The position numbers and the translations under genes are program-made. 64,000 nucleotides of DNA from Dehalococcoidia bacterium (GTDB lineage Bacteria; Chloroflexota; Dehalococcoidia; SHYD01). The stretch lies in contig SHYE01000001.1 in NCBI GenBank assembly GCA_009692935.1, forward strand, positions 4,418 through 68,417, given 5' to 3'. The notes below the pieces were generated by a model, which saw only the letters and a list, made by a program, of their open reading frames with translations, had not been told where the DNA came from and did not search any database. This document shows, in pieces, positions 18,103 to 26,920 of this stretch (positions are counted from its first letter, which is position 1; each line of letters opens with the position of its first letter).

Positions 18103-20274
18103 ATGGCGATCACAGCTGTTATCGACGTTGTAGCCACCATTCCCAACGCCCGTGGCGCTGCGGCGCTGCTCGCGGCAGATGTTGCCGGCTCGCTGGGAGT
18201 GACCACAGGCGACCTGGTGAAGGTGACCAGTGGCCGGGGCCGCACCGCTCTGATCCGCATTACCGGCGAGGCGAGTAATCCGGGCACGCTGCGGCTGCAC
18301 CGCCTGAGCCTGCGGGCGCTGCGGGTGCAACCCGAAGAGCAGGTCACTATCGAGCGAAGCGAAGCGCCGGCGGCGGCCCGGGTGGTGCTGATGCCCGGCT
18401 ACAGCGTCCTGGGCTTCAACCCCCAGTTCGTGACGTATGCGAAGCAGTTGTTGGCGAACCCACCTACGCCGGTGACCGAGGGCACGCTGGTGGCAATACC
18501 GCACCCTACCTCCAACGCCGAGATGACCCTGGAGGTGCACTCGATGACCGGCGGCGAAGGCCTGCTGACGGCCGACACCGAGTTGTTCATCGAGGTGGAC
18601 CCGCTGCACGAACACGAGGCCGGGGCCACCCACCGGCATGGGGCCTCCGGCGCAACCGCAGCCTCGGGCAGCATCACCTACGACGATATCGGTGGCCTGC
18701 ACGAGCAGCTCAAGGCGGTGCGCGAGTTCGTGGAGTTACCGCTGGTTTTCCCGGAAACCTACCGCCAACTGGGCATCACGCCGCCGCGCGGCATCATCTT
18801 CTATGGCGCACCCGGCACCGGCAAAACCTTGCTGGCACGCGCCGTGGCGAATGAAGTGAACGCCCACTTCTACTACATCAATGGCCCCGAGGTGGTAGGC
18901 AGCTACAGCGGTCAGACCGAAGAGAACCTGCGCAAGCTGTTCCGCAGCGCCTACTCCAGCCCGCCCGCAATCATCTTCATCGACGAACTGGATGTCATCG
19001 CACCGGTCCGCGGCGATACCGGCACCCTCAGCGACACTCGGGCGGTGACCCAGTTGCTGACCCTGATGGACGGTCTGCAGCAGGCCGAGGGCATCATGGT
19101 TATCGGCACCACCAACCGCATCGAAACCATCGACCCAGCGCTGCGGCGGCCCGGCCGGTTCGACAAAGAGATCTACTTTCCGACCCCGCCGGCCGACGCA
19201 CGCGAGGAGATCCTACGTATCCACACCCGTGAGATGCCGCTGACCGCAGACGCGTTGAAGGCGTTGCCGGCGGTTGCCCAGCGCTGCTACGGCTACGTGG
19301 GCGCCGACCTAATGGAGTTGAGCAGGGAAGCAGGCCTCACGTCGTTACGCCGGGCGGCCGCCGAGTTCCTGAACGATCCCCAAGCTGCGGCCAAGCTCGA
19401 TGCCAGCCAACTCACCGTGTCCGCCGCTGACTTCGACGTGGCCACCAGCGTGGTGCGGCCGGCCTCCATGCGCGAGTCGCTGTTGTCGTACCCCACCGTA
19501 CGCTGGGCCGATATCGGTGGATTGAACGAGGCCAAGCGCCGCTTGATAGAGCTGGTGCAGCGCCCGTTGAAGCAGCCCGAGGCGCTGGCCCGGCTGCGGC
19601 TGCCCTCCAACCTGGGCATATTGCTGTACGGACCGCCAGGAACCGGCAAGACCTTGCTGGCCCAGGCGGTGGGCCGCGAATTCGGCCTTAACTTTATCGG
19701 CGTCAACGGCCCCGAACTCTTCTCCAGCTGGATCGGCGAGACGGAAGAGAATGTTCGGCACATCTTCAATCTGGCCCGCCGCGTCGCACCCAGCGTGATC
19801 TTCTTCGACCAGCTCGACGCGATCGCCCCGAACCGCACCGCCAGCCAAGCCCCCACCACCGGCTCGCAGCAGCGCATTGTGAACCAGTTGTTGACCGAAC
19901 TCGACGGTATGGAGGGCTTGAACCAGGTGTTCGTGATTGCCGCCACCAACAACTTCGAGGTGGTGGACCCTGGGCTGCTGCGGCCGGGCCGGTTCGGCGT
20001 GCACCTGCAGATCGGCCTGCCGGACGAAGCCGAGCGCGCCGATATCTTCCAGGTCCAGCTCCGCGGAGTCGGCTTGGCGCCGGGGCTCGATCTCGACTCG
20101 GTCACCACCAGGCTTGCGGCTGCCACGCCGGGCAAAGCGGGCGCTGACCTCGCCTACGTGTGCCAGGCCGCCAAGATGCGCGCACTGGATCGCGCTGAGG
20201 GCGACGGCAACCTGGTGTTGACGCAAGCCGACTTCGATCAAGCACTCGCGGAGTTCCACGCCGAGCGGCACTAG
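18103..20274 (+). CDS. CDC48/VCP/p97-like AAA+ ATPase (N-domain plus two AAA modules)
   Basis: Two Walker A motifs (GAPGTGKTLLARAVA ; GPPGTGKTLLAQAVG), two Walker B/DE motifs (IIFIDELD ; VIFFDQLD), SRH regions and a roughly 190-aa N-terminal domain. Start trimmed to the ATG at 18103 (GAGG RBS). Confidence 0.85.
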   Translation: MAITAVIDVVATIPNARGAAALLAADVAGSLGVTTGDLVKVTSGRGRTALIRITGEASNPGTLRLHRLSLRALRVQPEEQVTIERSEAPAAARVVLMPGYSVLGFNPQFVTYAKQLLANPPTPVTEGTLVAIPHPTSNAEMTLEVHSMTGGEGLLTADTELFIEVDPLHEHEAGATHRHGASGATAASGSITYDDIGGLHEQLKAVREFVELPLVFPETYRQLGITPPRGIIFYGAPGTGKTLLARAVANEVNAHFYYINGPEVVGSYSGQTEENLRKLFRSAYSSPPAIIFIDELDVIAPVRGDTGTLSDTRAVTQLLTLMDGLQQAEGIMVIGTTNRIETIDPALRRPGRFDKEIYFPTPPADAREEILRIHTREMPLTADALKALPAVAQRCYGYVGADLMELSREAGLTSLRRAAAEFLNDPQAAAKLDASQLTVSAADFDVATSVVRPASMRESLLSYPTVRWADIGGLNEAKRRLIELVQRPLKQPEALARLRLPSNLGILLYGPPGTGKTLLAQAVGREFGLNFIGVNGPELFSSWIGETEENVRHIFNLARRVAPSVIFFDQLDAIAPNRTASQAPTTGSQQRIVNQLLTELDGMEGLNQVFVIAATNNFEVVDPGLLRPGRFGVHLQIGLPDEAERADIFQVQLRGVGLAPGLDLDSVTTRLAAATPGKAGADLAYVCQAAKMRALDRAEGDGNLVLTQADFDQALAEFHAERH

Positions 20275-20286
20275 TTCGACAGACAC

Positions 20287-20580
20287 ATGGAACTGGAGTT
20301 CAGGCATCGGCGGCTGAGGGTCGCTTATGAGAATGAGCGGGAAGCTATCCGTCTTTGGGGGCTTGGAGCGGGAAAGCGCTACGGTGACTTGCTGGAGACT
20401 ATCGAGGAAGCCAAGGAGTGGACCGTGCTGTACACCGTTCGGGCCATGCGACTCCATCCGTTGCACGGTAACCGGGCGGGTCAATTTGCGATAGCCCTTA
20501 CCGGCAGGTGGAGACTGATTCTGAGTGTGCGAGATAATGTGGTCATCGTAGAGGAGGTCACGCGGCACTATGACGACTAA
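20287..20580 (+). CDS. higB: type II toxin HigB (plasmid-maintenance killer protein family)
   Basis: 97 aa. RLHPLHGNRAGQFAIALTGRWRLILSV...VVIVEEVTRHYDD matches the HigB C-terminal consensus KLHPLKGDR..W.I.V..WRI.F. Confidence 0.8.
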   Translation: MELEFRHRRLRVAYENEREAIRLWGLGAGKRYGDLLETIEEAKEWTVLYTVRAMRLHPLHGNRAGQFAIALTGRWRLILSVRDNVVIVEEVTRHYDD

Positions 20581-20845
20581 GAGTACCTACACAACCAACC
20601 ACGTAACACCGCCAGGGAGAATCTTGGCAGCTGAGCTAAAGGAGCGTGGCATCACTCGATCGGCATTTTCTCGCGCAACACACCTATCTCCGATGGTTCT
20701 CTCTGCCCTACTCAAGGGAGCTGGCAACCTTACGCCGGAGATCGCAGCTATACTGGCGGCCGAGCTCGGTATTCCGGCAGACCTATGGCTGGGCCTCGAG
20801 CGCAGGTACCGTGAAGCCCTCGATCGGGCTGCTGCGGTTGCGTAA
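20570..20845 (+). CDS. higA: HigA antitoxin, XRE-family HTH
   Basis: 91 aa. HTH segment ITRSAFSRATHLSPMVLSALLKGAGNLTPEIAAILAAELG. Overlaps the higB stop. Confidence 0.8.
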   Translation: MTTKSTYTTNHVTPPGRILAAELKERGITRSAFSRATHLSPMVLSALLKGAGNLTPEIAAILAAELGIPADLWLGLERRYREALDRAAAVA

Positions 20846-20870
20846 CAGACGAAAACCCGAGAGGGCCAGA

Positions 20871-22031
20871 ATGCGAAACGGACAACGCGTGTATGACGCC
20901 GATACCCACCTGCAGCCAACCGCTGAGGCGCTGGAGCGCTTTCTGCCCAAGCTGATCCGGGACCGAATCCCCGACCTCGACAAGTTCAAGTCCCCCATCA
21001 AGATCGGGCTGGCCGGCGAGAGCCGGCCGGAGCCGTACCGCCACTACTACCGCTTTGGCGGTGGCGAAGGCGGTTGGGGCGGGGATAACGTGCGCATTCT
21101 GGGCGACGCCGGCCCGCGCCCCGGGATGCAGCGGCGGTTCCAGAAGTTCATGGGCGCCAAGCACCCCACCGACGGCGGCATCGACTACGCTGACATTCGC
21201 CTGCAGGATATGGACGAGGAGGGCATCGACGTGCAGTTGATGGTGCCCTCGGGCGCCAACGGCCACGCCGACCGCGAGATCGAGCTGGCCTTTATTCAAG
21301 CCAACCACGAGTTCCTGGATGACTTCTGCGGCGCCGACCCAGCCCGGCTGAAGTCGCTCATTGTGGTGAGTGCCCGCTCGGTCGACGAGTCGGTGGCCGA
21401 GATCAAGCGGTGGGGCGGCAAGCGCTGGGCGGCCGGCATTCAGCCTTACCTGCCGCTGGATTACCCAATCGATCACCCCGACCTCAACCCGATTTGGCAG
21501 GCGGCCGAAACAGCCAACCTCACCGTAGTGCACCACAGCTTCGCCAGCGGTTACCCAGGCTACCGTGACCTGTGGAGCAACCCCTTTATCGGCCGCACCG
21601 CCAGCCATCCCTGGGGTGCAATGCGCATGGTGGCGGCGTTCTTCGGCTCCGGCATCATGGACCGCTACCCGGCGCTGAAGTGCGCCGTGCTCGAATCGGG
21701 CTTCGGCTGGCTGCCCTTCTGGGCCAAGCGCATGGACGACCAGGTGGAGTACATGGGCTATGTGGCCGATGACCTGAAGCAGAAGCCCAGCGACTACATG
21801 ACCGGCGGCCGCTTCTTCTGCAGCATCGTGCTGCACGAGGGCCCCGAAATGGTGAAGATGGTCGACAGTATGCTGGGCGACCACATCCTGATGTTCGGGT
21901 CGGACTACCCACACGCCGAGTCCCGTTTCCCGGAATCGGCCGACAAGGTGTTGGGCTGGGAGAACCTATCGCCTGACGAGATGCAGAAGTTGCTGTGGGG
22001 CAACGCGGTCCGGGCCTTCGGTGAGCCGTAA
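20871..22031 (+). CDS. amidohydrolase_2 family metal-dependent hydrolase/decarboxylase (ACMSD/LigW-like TIM barrel)
   Basis: Start trimmed to the ATG at 20871 (MRNGQRVYDADTHLQP) with GAGAGGG RBS. C-terminal MFGSDYPHAE motif typical of PF04909. Confidence 0.7.
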   Translation: MRNGQRVYDADTHLQPTAEALERFLPKLIRDRIPDLDKFKSPIKIGLAGESRPEPYRHYYRFGGGEGGWGGDNVRILGDAGPRPGMQRRFQKFMGAKHPTDGGIDYADIRLQDMDEEGIDVQLMVPSGANGHADREIELAFIQANHEFLDDFCGADPARLKSLIVVSARSVDESVAEIKRWGGKRWAAGIQPYLPLDYPIDHPDLNPIWQAAETANLTVVHHSFASGYPGYRDLWSNPFIGRTASHPWGAMRMVAAFFGSGIMDRYPALKCAVLESGFGWLPFWAKRMDDQVEYMGYVADDLKQKPSDYMTGGRFFCSIVLHEGPEMVKMVDSMLGDHILMFGSDYPHAESRFPESADKVLGWENLSPDEMQKLLWGNAVRAFGEP

Positions 22032-22103
22032 CCCCCGCCCAGTGCCTTACAGGACGGAGCGCGATTAACACGCCCCGTCAGTGACAAGAGGAGTGATCAC
22101 GAT

Positions 22104-22568
22104 ATGGAAGCCGAAAACCGCCTCGCAGCACTGGGGCTGACGCTCCCCGCACCGTCCACCCCCGCTGCGAACTACGTCGCCTACGTCATCGCGAACGACA
22201 TGTTGTACCTTGCGGGGCATGGCCAGCCGGGCGATACCACAGCCCCCAAGCGCGGCAAGCTCGGTCGCGATCTGACCACTGACCAAGGCTATCAAGCAGC
22301 GCGCATGGTGGGCCTGAACCTGCTGGGCACCATGAAGGCAGCCCTCGGCGATCTTGATCGCGTCCGCCAGATCGTCAAAGTGTTGGGCATGGTGAATTGC
22401 ACGTCCGATTTCGGCGAGATGCCGCTGGTCATCAACGGTGCATCGGACCTGCTGGTGCAGGTGTTCGGCGAAAAGGGCCGTCACGCTCGCTCTGCAGTCG
22501 GCATGCAGGCGCTACCCTTCGGCATCCCCGTGGAGATCGAGATGGTGGTGCAAATCGAGACACTTTAA
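22104..22568 (+). CDS. RidA/YjgF/TdcF-family protein (reactive intermediate deaminase-like)
   Basis: 154 aa with YjgF-like C-terminus ARSAVGMQALPFGIPVEIEMVVQI. Confidence 0.8.
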   Translation: MEAENRLAALGLTLPAPSTPAANYVAYVIANDMLYLAGHGQPGDTTAPKRGKLGRDLTTDQGYQAARMVGLNLLGTMKAALGDLDRVRQIVKVLGMVNCTSDFGEMPLVINGASDLLVQVFGEKGRHARSAVGMQALPFGIPVEIEMVVQIETL

Positions 22569-22600
22569 GCAGTACTGTGGACGCTTCTTCCGCTCAAGAC

Positions 22601-22635
22601 AAAGCGACCCCGGACCATCTGGTCCGGGGTCGCTT
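22601..22635. terminator. bidirectional hairpin gcgaccccggacc-atct-ggtccggggtcgc
   Basis: 13-bp perfect inverted repeat between convergent genes. Confidence 0.55.
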
Positions 22636-22652
22636 GATCCGCGATGTGTGCT

Positions 22653-23033
22653 CTAGCGGCCTTCGTCCTGCAAACTGCGCAGAAGCTTCTGCGCTTCAAG
22701 CTGCAGGCGGCGCTCGGTTTCGGTACCGAGCGCTGCCCACGCAGCCGGATGTTGGCCGGCTATCGTCGCCATTGCTGCGCTGTTCACGTTGCGGCTAACC
22801 AACGGCTCGGGCTTGCCCTCAATAACTAGCCATGGCGTCCGACACACCGCTACGGCATGGAGCGTACCGGCCCAGTGCGAGGCTCCAACGGTAACGCCAC
22901 CGGCGGCCGAGCGTACAGCGCCGTCTTCTGCCAGCAATGCCAACCCCCAGTAGTAGTTGCCGTACCGTCGGCGTAGCCGTGCCACGGTGTTCTTCCCCAC
23001 GTCAATGGCCTTGGCAATGGCCACATCACTCAT
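22653..23033 (-). CDS. hypothetical protein with N-terminal HTH-like segment (possible transposase-N-like fragment)
   Basis: MSDVAIAKAIDVGKNTVARLRRRY resembles a resolvase/IS630-type HTH. The rest has no recognisable domain. Its ATG shares the sequence catg with the divergent plus-strand ATG at 23032. Confidence 0.35.
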   Translation of the reverse strand: MSDVAIAKAIDVGKNTVARLRRRYGNYYWGLALLAEDGAVRSAAGGVTVGASHWAGTLHAVAVCRTPWLVIEGKPEPLVSRNVNSAAMATIAGQHPAAWAALGTETERRLQLEAQKLLRSLQDEGR

Positions 23034-23841
23034 GTCTGGGCCGTCTGCGCTGCGGTCAGCCTTTGAGGAGAACCTGGGCGTGCATCAGCACTCGTGCGGC
23101 AGCGCTCCCTCCTCTGAGGAGCTTGCGGAGCGTCGTACGTTCTTCTCCTGGGAGGGTCACCATGAAGCGTTTCATACTGGAGATAACGCGTACCACCCCA
23201 GCGCGTATCACCCATATACCCGTGGCCGACCACTAGGTACCAAGTTGCAGTGGACGAACCCGCTCGGCACCCGTCAGGTGCACTTGCAGGTGATTCCCGC
23301 CAACAGCGATGGTCCTGACCTGAACCTGCCGCTGGGCCTGCAAAGCGAGTTCGAGGTGCCGGCTCCGCCCGCCTGGTACGGCCTGCTGCTCGGCATGACC
23401 TATCGCTGGTGGGTTCGCATCACCGATCAAGAGCTGCCGGTGCCCGCAGATCACCCCACTTGGGGCGCTTGGGGCGAATCGAGTTTCCGGACTCCCTCGG
23501 TCGATAGCAGTGGCATCAACGCCGTCAGCCCCGCGAACGGGGGTACCGTCACGGGCATCACACCGACGCTGACGTGGGCGCACTCCCGCCCCGACGTGTT
23601 CTATTACAAGGTGCAGCTCTCTAAGGACGCTGCCTTCAATACGGACGGTGTGACAGCCGTGGCTTCGGTCTATGGCGCACTGATTCACGGCGGGGTAACG
23701 TCCCCAGCGAACACCTACACCGTGCCTGCAAGTGCGCCACTCGAGGGTGCGCCCACGTACTTCTGGCGAGTACGACCACGGGTGCAGGGCGACGGGCTGC
23801 CTGTGCCCTTCACTGCTACCTTCAGCTTTCGGACACCGTAA
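23032..23841 (+). CDS. protein with two FN3-like (purple-acid-phosphatase N-terminal type) domains preceded by a His-rich segment; start uncertain
   Basis: Two repeats with TPTLTW...YY(K/E)VQLS...TY(R/F)WRVR signatures. The N-terminal 70 aa (HQHSCGS...HHEAFHTGDNAYHPSAYHPY) has atypically A/T-rich third codon positions, so the true start may be downstream. Confidence 0.45.
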   Translation: MSGPSALRSAFEENLGVHQHSCGSAPSSEELAERRTFFSWEGHHEAFHTGDNAYHPSAYHPYTRGRPLGTKLQWTNPLGTRQVHLQVIPANSDGPDLNLPLGLQSEFEVPAPPAWYGLLLGMTYRWWVRITDQELPVPADHPTWGAWGESSFRTPSVDSSGINAVSPANGGTVTGITPTLTWAHSRPDVFYYKVQLSKDAAFNTDGVTAVASVYGALIHGGVTSPANTYTVPASAPLEGAPTYFWRVRPRVQGDGLPVPFTATFSFRTP

Positions 23842-23858
23842 CTCGGAAGGTTCTGTTC

Positions 23859-24329
23859 ATGCGACTGCGCACGATAGTCTTGTTTGCCTTGGCTGCGGCC
23901 GTGGCAATGCTGTTTGTGCGGGCTGGCGCCCTAGCAGCCGAGGATGCGGAGGTGGAGATCGAGGGCTTCGCGTTCAAGCTGGCCAACGTCACCATTATGG
24001 TCGGCCAAGCGGTACGCTTCACCAACAAAGACGACGCGCCTCACCCCGCCACTGCCGTTGGTGGCGAGTTCAACTCCGGTGTGCTGACCAAGGGTCAGCG
24101 CGCGGTGATCACCTTTACCTTCCCCGCTACGTTGGCGTACTTCTGCGAGATTCATCCCAGCATACGTGGCTCGGTAACGGTGGTTCCAGGCGCGGTGCCC
24201 ACAGCCTCGCCATCGCCGCCTACGAGCACGCCTGGCGTCACCGGCACGCCGGCGCCGGCCAGTACGCCGACGCCGGCGTGCCACCCCACCAGGCCCCTCG
24301 GCACAACTGCATCTGCCACCGGCGGGTAG
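23859..24329 (+). CDS. cupredoxin (plastocyanin/amicyanin-like blue copper protein) with Pro/Thr-rich C-terminal linker
   Basis: Signal peptide, then cupredoxin fold with candidate copper ligands (DAPHPAT ... YFCEIHPSIRG), then a PT-rich linker (TASPSPPTSTPGVTGTPAPASTPTPA). Confidence 0.7.
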   Translation: MRLRTIVLFALAAAVAMLFVRAGALAAEDAEVEIEGFAFKLANVTIMVGQAVRFTNKDDAPHPATAVGGEFNSGVLTKGQRAVITFTFPATLAYFCEIHPSIRGSVTVVPGAVPTASPSPPTSTPGVTGTPAPASTPTPACHPTRPLGTTASATGG

Positions 24330-24339
24330 CACGCTACCT

Positions 24340-24949
24340 GTGCTGGGCACTGAACTCGCTTGGTCCAATCCGGCAAGCGTCCGCTACACCCAGGTGCAAC
24401 TCATCCCCGCCAACAACGACAGCCCAGGCGTCGACCTGATCTTGGGGCCGGTCAACCGGTTCGCGGTGCCTGCGCCTCCAGGCTGGTACGGCATGTTGCC
24501 CGATATGACCTATAGCTGGCGCGTGCGGCTAACCGCGTCGCTCCTAGAGCCGTCGATCGAGAGCGCTACGTGGGGGCCGTGGGTGCAGACGAACTTCCGT
24601 ACTCCCGCTATCGCCGCCAGTGTGGTCAGCGGAGCTAGCCCTGCGGAAGGCAGCACCGTCGGCAGCCGCACACCCACCCTGACCTGGGCTAGCAGCCGCC
24701 CCGACCTGTACTACTACGAGGTGCAGTTGAGCAAGGACGGCAGCTTCAACACGGATCCCCAAACGCGACTGCGTCGGTGTACAACGCACTCATTCACGGC
24801 GCGATCACAAGCCCCGTGAACAGCTACACAATCCCGTCGAGCGCCCCCGTGGAGCCTGGACCCGCTATCACTGGCGGGTGCGGCCGCGTGTGCAGGGCGA
24901 TGGTACCCCCCTTGCCTTCACGCCGGTGTACAGCTTCCGGACGCCCTAA
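24340..24949 (+). pseudogene. paralog of the 23032-23841 FN3-tandem gene, broken by two or more frameshifts (probably originally fused to the upstream cupredoxin)
   Basis: Frame 1 (LGTELAWSNP...TPTLTWASSRPDLYYYEVQLSKDGSFNTD), frame 2 (YNALIHGAITSPVNSYTIPSSAPVEPGP) and frame 3 (YHWRVRPRVQGDGTPLAFTPVYSFRTP) together reconstitute the paralog. The upstream frame stays open through the cupredoxin stop. Confidence 0.5.
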
Positions 24950-24950
24950 G

Positions 24951-24976
24951 AGAGGGCGCTTAGAATGCCCTCTCCT
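24951..24976. terminator. hairpin gagagggc-gcttagaat-gccctctc
   Basis: 8-bp inverted repeat immediately after the TAA at 24947-24949. Confidence 0.45.
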
Positions 24977-25038
24977 TTTGACCACGGGCTGGGTAGCCTC
25001 CTACACTGAATGCTCAGCCCTTCAGCGTAGGAGTCTGC

Positions 25039-26832
25039 ATGTCCTCCAGTGATTTCCGGTTCTCGCCGCGCCCGAACAAAGCCCACACCATCGAATGGCG
25101 TGAATGGGGTGACACCGCGTTCGAACAGGCCAAGGCCGATGGTAAGCCAGTTCTGCTCTCGATCTCAGCGGTTTGGTGCCACTGGTGCCACGTGATGGAC
25201 GAGACCTCGTACTCCGACGATGAGGTGATCGACCGCATCAACCAGCATTTCGTGCCGATTCGAGTCGATAACGATCGCCGGCCCGACATCAACGCCCGCT
25301 ACAACCAGGGCGGCTGGCCGACGACGGCGTTTCTCACCGCCGAGGGCGAGATATTGGCGGGCGCAACCTACCTGCCGGCCGAGCGGATGCGTGGCGTACT
25401 AGACCAAGTACGCGACTACTACAGCACCAGCGCTTCGGAGATAGCCCAGAAAGTAGCCGAGATTCGAGCGCGCCGAGAAGCCGCGGCGCCTCGTTCGAGC
25501 GAAAGCACCCAGCCGGACGAGACGCTGGTCACCGCAACGATCGAGAGCATCCGGAGCGCCTACGACCCTACCTATGGCGGCTTGGGGAACGAACCGAAGT
25601 TCCCGCATCCAGAAGCCTTCAACCTGTTGCTCGACCAGTATGTTCGAACCGGCGACCTCTCCCTGCTGCACATGGTCACCAACACCCTCGACCAAATGCG
25701 CTCTCGCGGCATTTGGGACAAAGTGGAGGGCGCATTCTTCCGCTATTCCACCACCAAGGACTGGGAAATCCCGCACTTCGAGAAGATGCTGGAGGGCGAG
25801 GCGGGGCTGTTACGCAACTACCTGTACGCCTATCGAGTGACCGGCGAGGCATCCTACCTGGACACGGCGCGCGGCATGATGGCGTACCTGAATCGGACGC
25901 TGTTCGACCAGGAACGCAGCTTCTTCTACGGATCGCAGGATGCTGATGAGCATTACTTCGCGCAGCCGAAAGAGGAGCGGGCCAAGCTTCAGGCCCCGTT
26001 CGTCGACCCGACCCTGTATGTGAACTGGAACGCACAGATGGTATCGAGCTATCTGGAAGCGGCCTGGACCATGGACGACCCCGCCCCGCTCGAGCAGGCG
26101 CTGAAAGTGCTGGAGTTTCTGTGGGAGACCTGCCGCGACCGCGATGGTGGCATGCTGCACTATTACGATGGCGAAGCGAAGGTCAGCGGGCTGTTGACGG
26201 ACCAAGTCGCCGTGGCCCTTGCACTGCTCGACGCCCATGATGCGACCGGGGACCGGTCGCATCTCGAAAGGGCCTTGACGCTTGCGCAGGCCATTTTGCA
26301 GGGCTATCCCGATGCCGACGCATCTGGGTTCTTCGACCTGAAGAACGAACATGACACGCTGGGGAACCTGCAGTTTCGCACCAAGAACATCGATGAGAAT
26401 GCGGCGGCGGCCGAAGTGTTCAAACGGCTGGAACGCCTGCTGGGCGAGCAGGCCTTTGGTGAACTCTCGGCATCGGCCATGGCGTCGTTTGCCGATGGAC
26501 CGCAGCATTACGGGTACTTCGCGTCGGGGTTCGCGCGCACGTACCTGCGCACCAGTCTCGAGCCGCTGGAGGCGCACATCGTGGGTGACCCCGCACTGCT
26601 GGCGACTCGGGCGTTGCTGTGGGGAACGTTGCGTCTCAAGCAACTGGCCAAGGTGGTCATGGTGCTGGACCCATCAGACGAGGACGAGCTGGGGGAGTTC
26701 GGGTACCCGCCCACGCCAGCACCGGCCGTCTACGTCTGCTACAGCGGTACATGCTCGGCGCCGGTGCAAACGCTCGAACACCTTGCCGCTGCGGCTGAAT
26801 CGTCGACTGCGCCGTTTCGAGCCTTGTCATGA
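25039..26832 (+). CDS. thioredoxin-domain protein of the DUF255/YyaL family (thioredoxin fold plus six-hairpin glycosidase-like domain)
   Basis: N-terminal SAVWCHWCHVMDETSYSDDEV...GGWPTTAFL is the DUF255 thioredoxin-like signature. Total 597 aa. Confidence 0.85.
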   Translation: MSSSDFRFSPRPNKAHTIEWREWGDTAFEQAKADGKPVLLSISAVWCHWCHVMDETSYSDDEVIDRINQHFVPIRVDNDRRPDINARYNQGGWPTTAFLTAEGEILAGATYLPAERMRGVLDQVRDYYSTSASEIAQKVAEIRARREAAAPRSSESTQPDETLVTATIESIRSAYDPTYGGLGNEPKFPHPEAFNLLLDQYVRTGDLSLLHMVTNTLDQMRSRGIWDKVEGAFFRYSTTKDWEIPHFEKMLEGEAGLLRNYLYAYRVTGEASYLDTARGMMAYLNRTLFDQERSFFYGSQDADEHYFAQPKEERAKLQAPFVDPTLYVNWNAQMVSSYLEAAWTMDDPAPLEQALKVLEFLWETCRDRDGGMLHYYDGEAKVSGLLTDQVAVALALLDAHDATGDRSHLERALTLAQAILQGYPDADASGFFDLKNEHDTLGNLQFRTKNIDENAAAAEVFKRLERLLGEQAFGELSASAMASFADGPQHYGYFASGFARTYLRTSLEPLEAHIVGDPALLATRALLWGTLRLKQLAKVVMVLDPSDEDELGEFGYPPTPAPAVYVCYSGTCSAPVQTLEHLAAAAESSTAPFRALS

Positions 26833-26920
26833 TACGCGCCGCCAGACTTCTTGGAGTTTTGATGGCGTTGACTTTCGTGGTGGCGGAAGTAGCGTTGATC
26901 TGTCAGTCATCGGCCCCACG

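Noticed and set aside
23032-23240. His-rich N-terminal segment of the first FN3 gene as a genuine metal-binding domain
   Set aside because: Third-codon positions are unusually A/T-rich for this genome, and the segment aligns with the decayed end of a cupredoxin linker. More likely non-coding remnant or 5-prime UTR, so kept only as a low-confidence part of the CDS.
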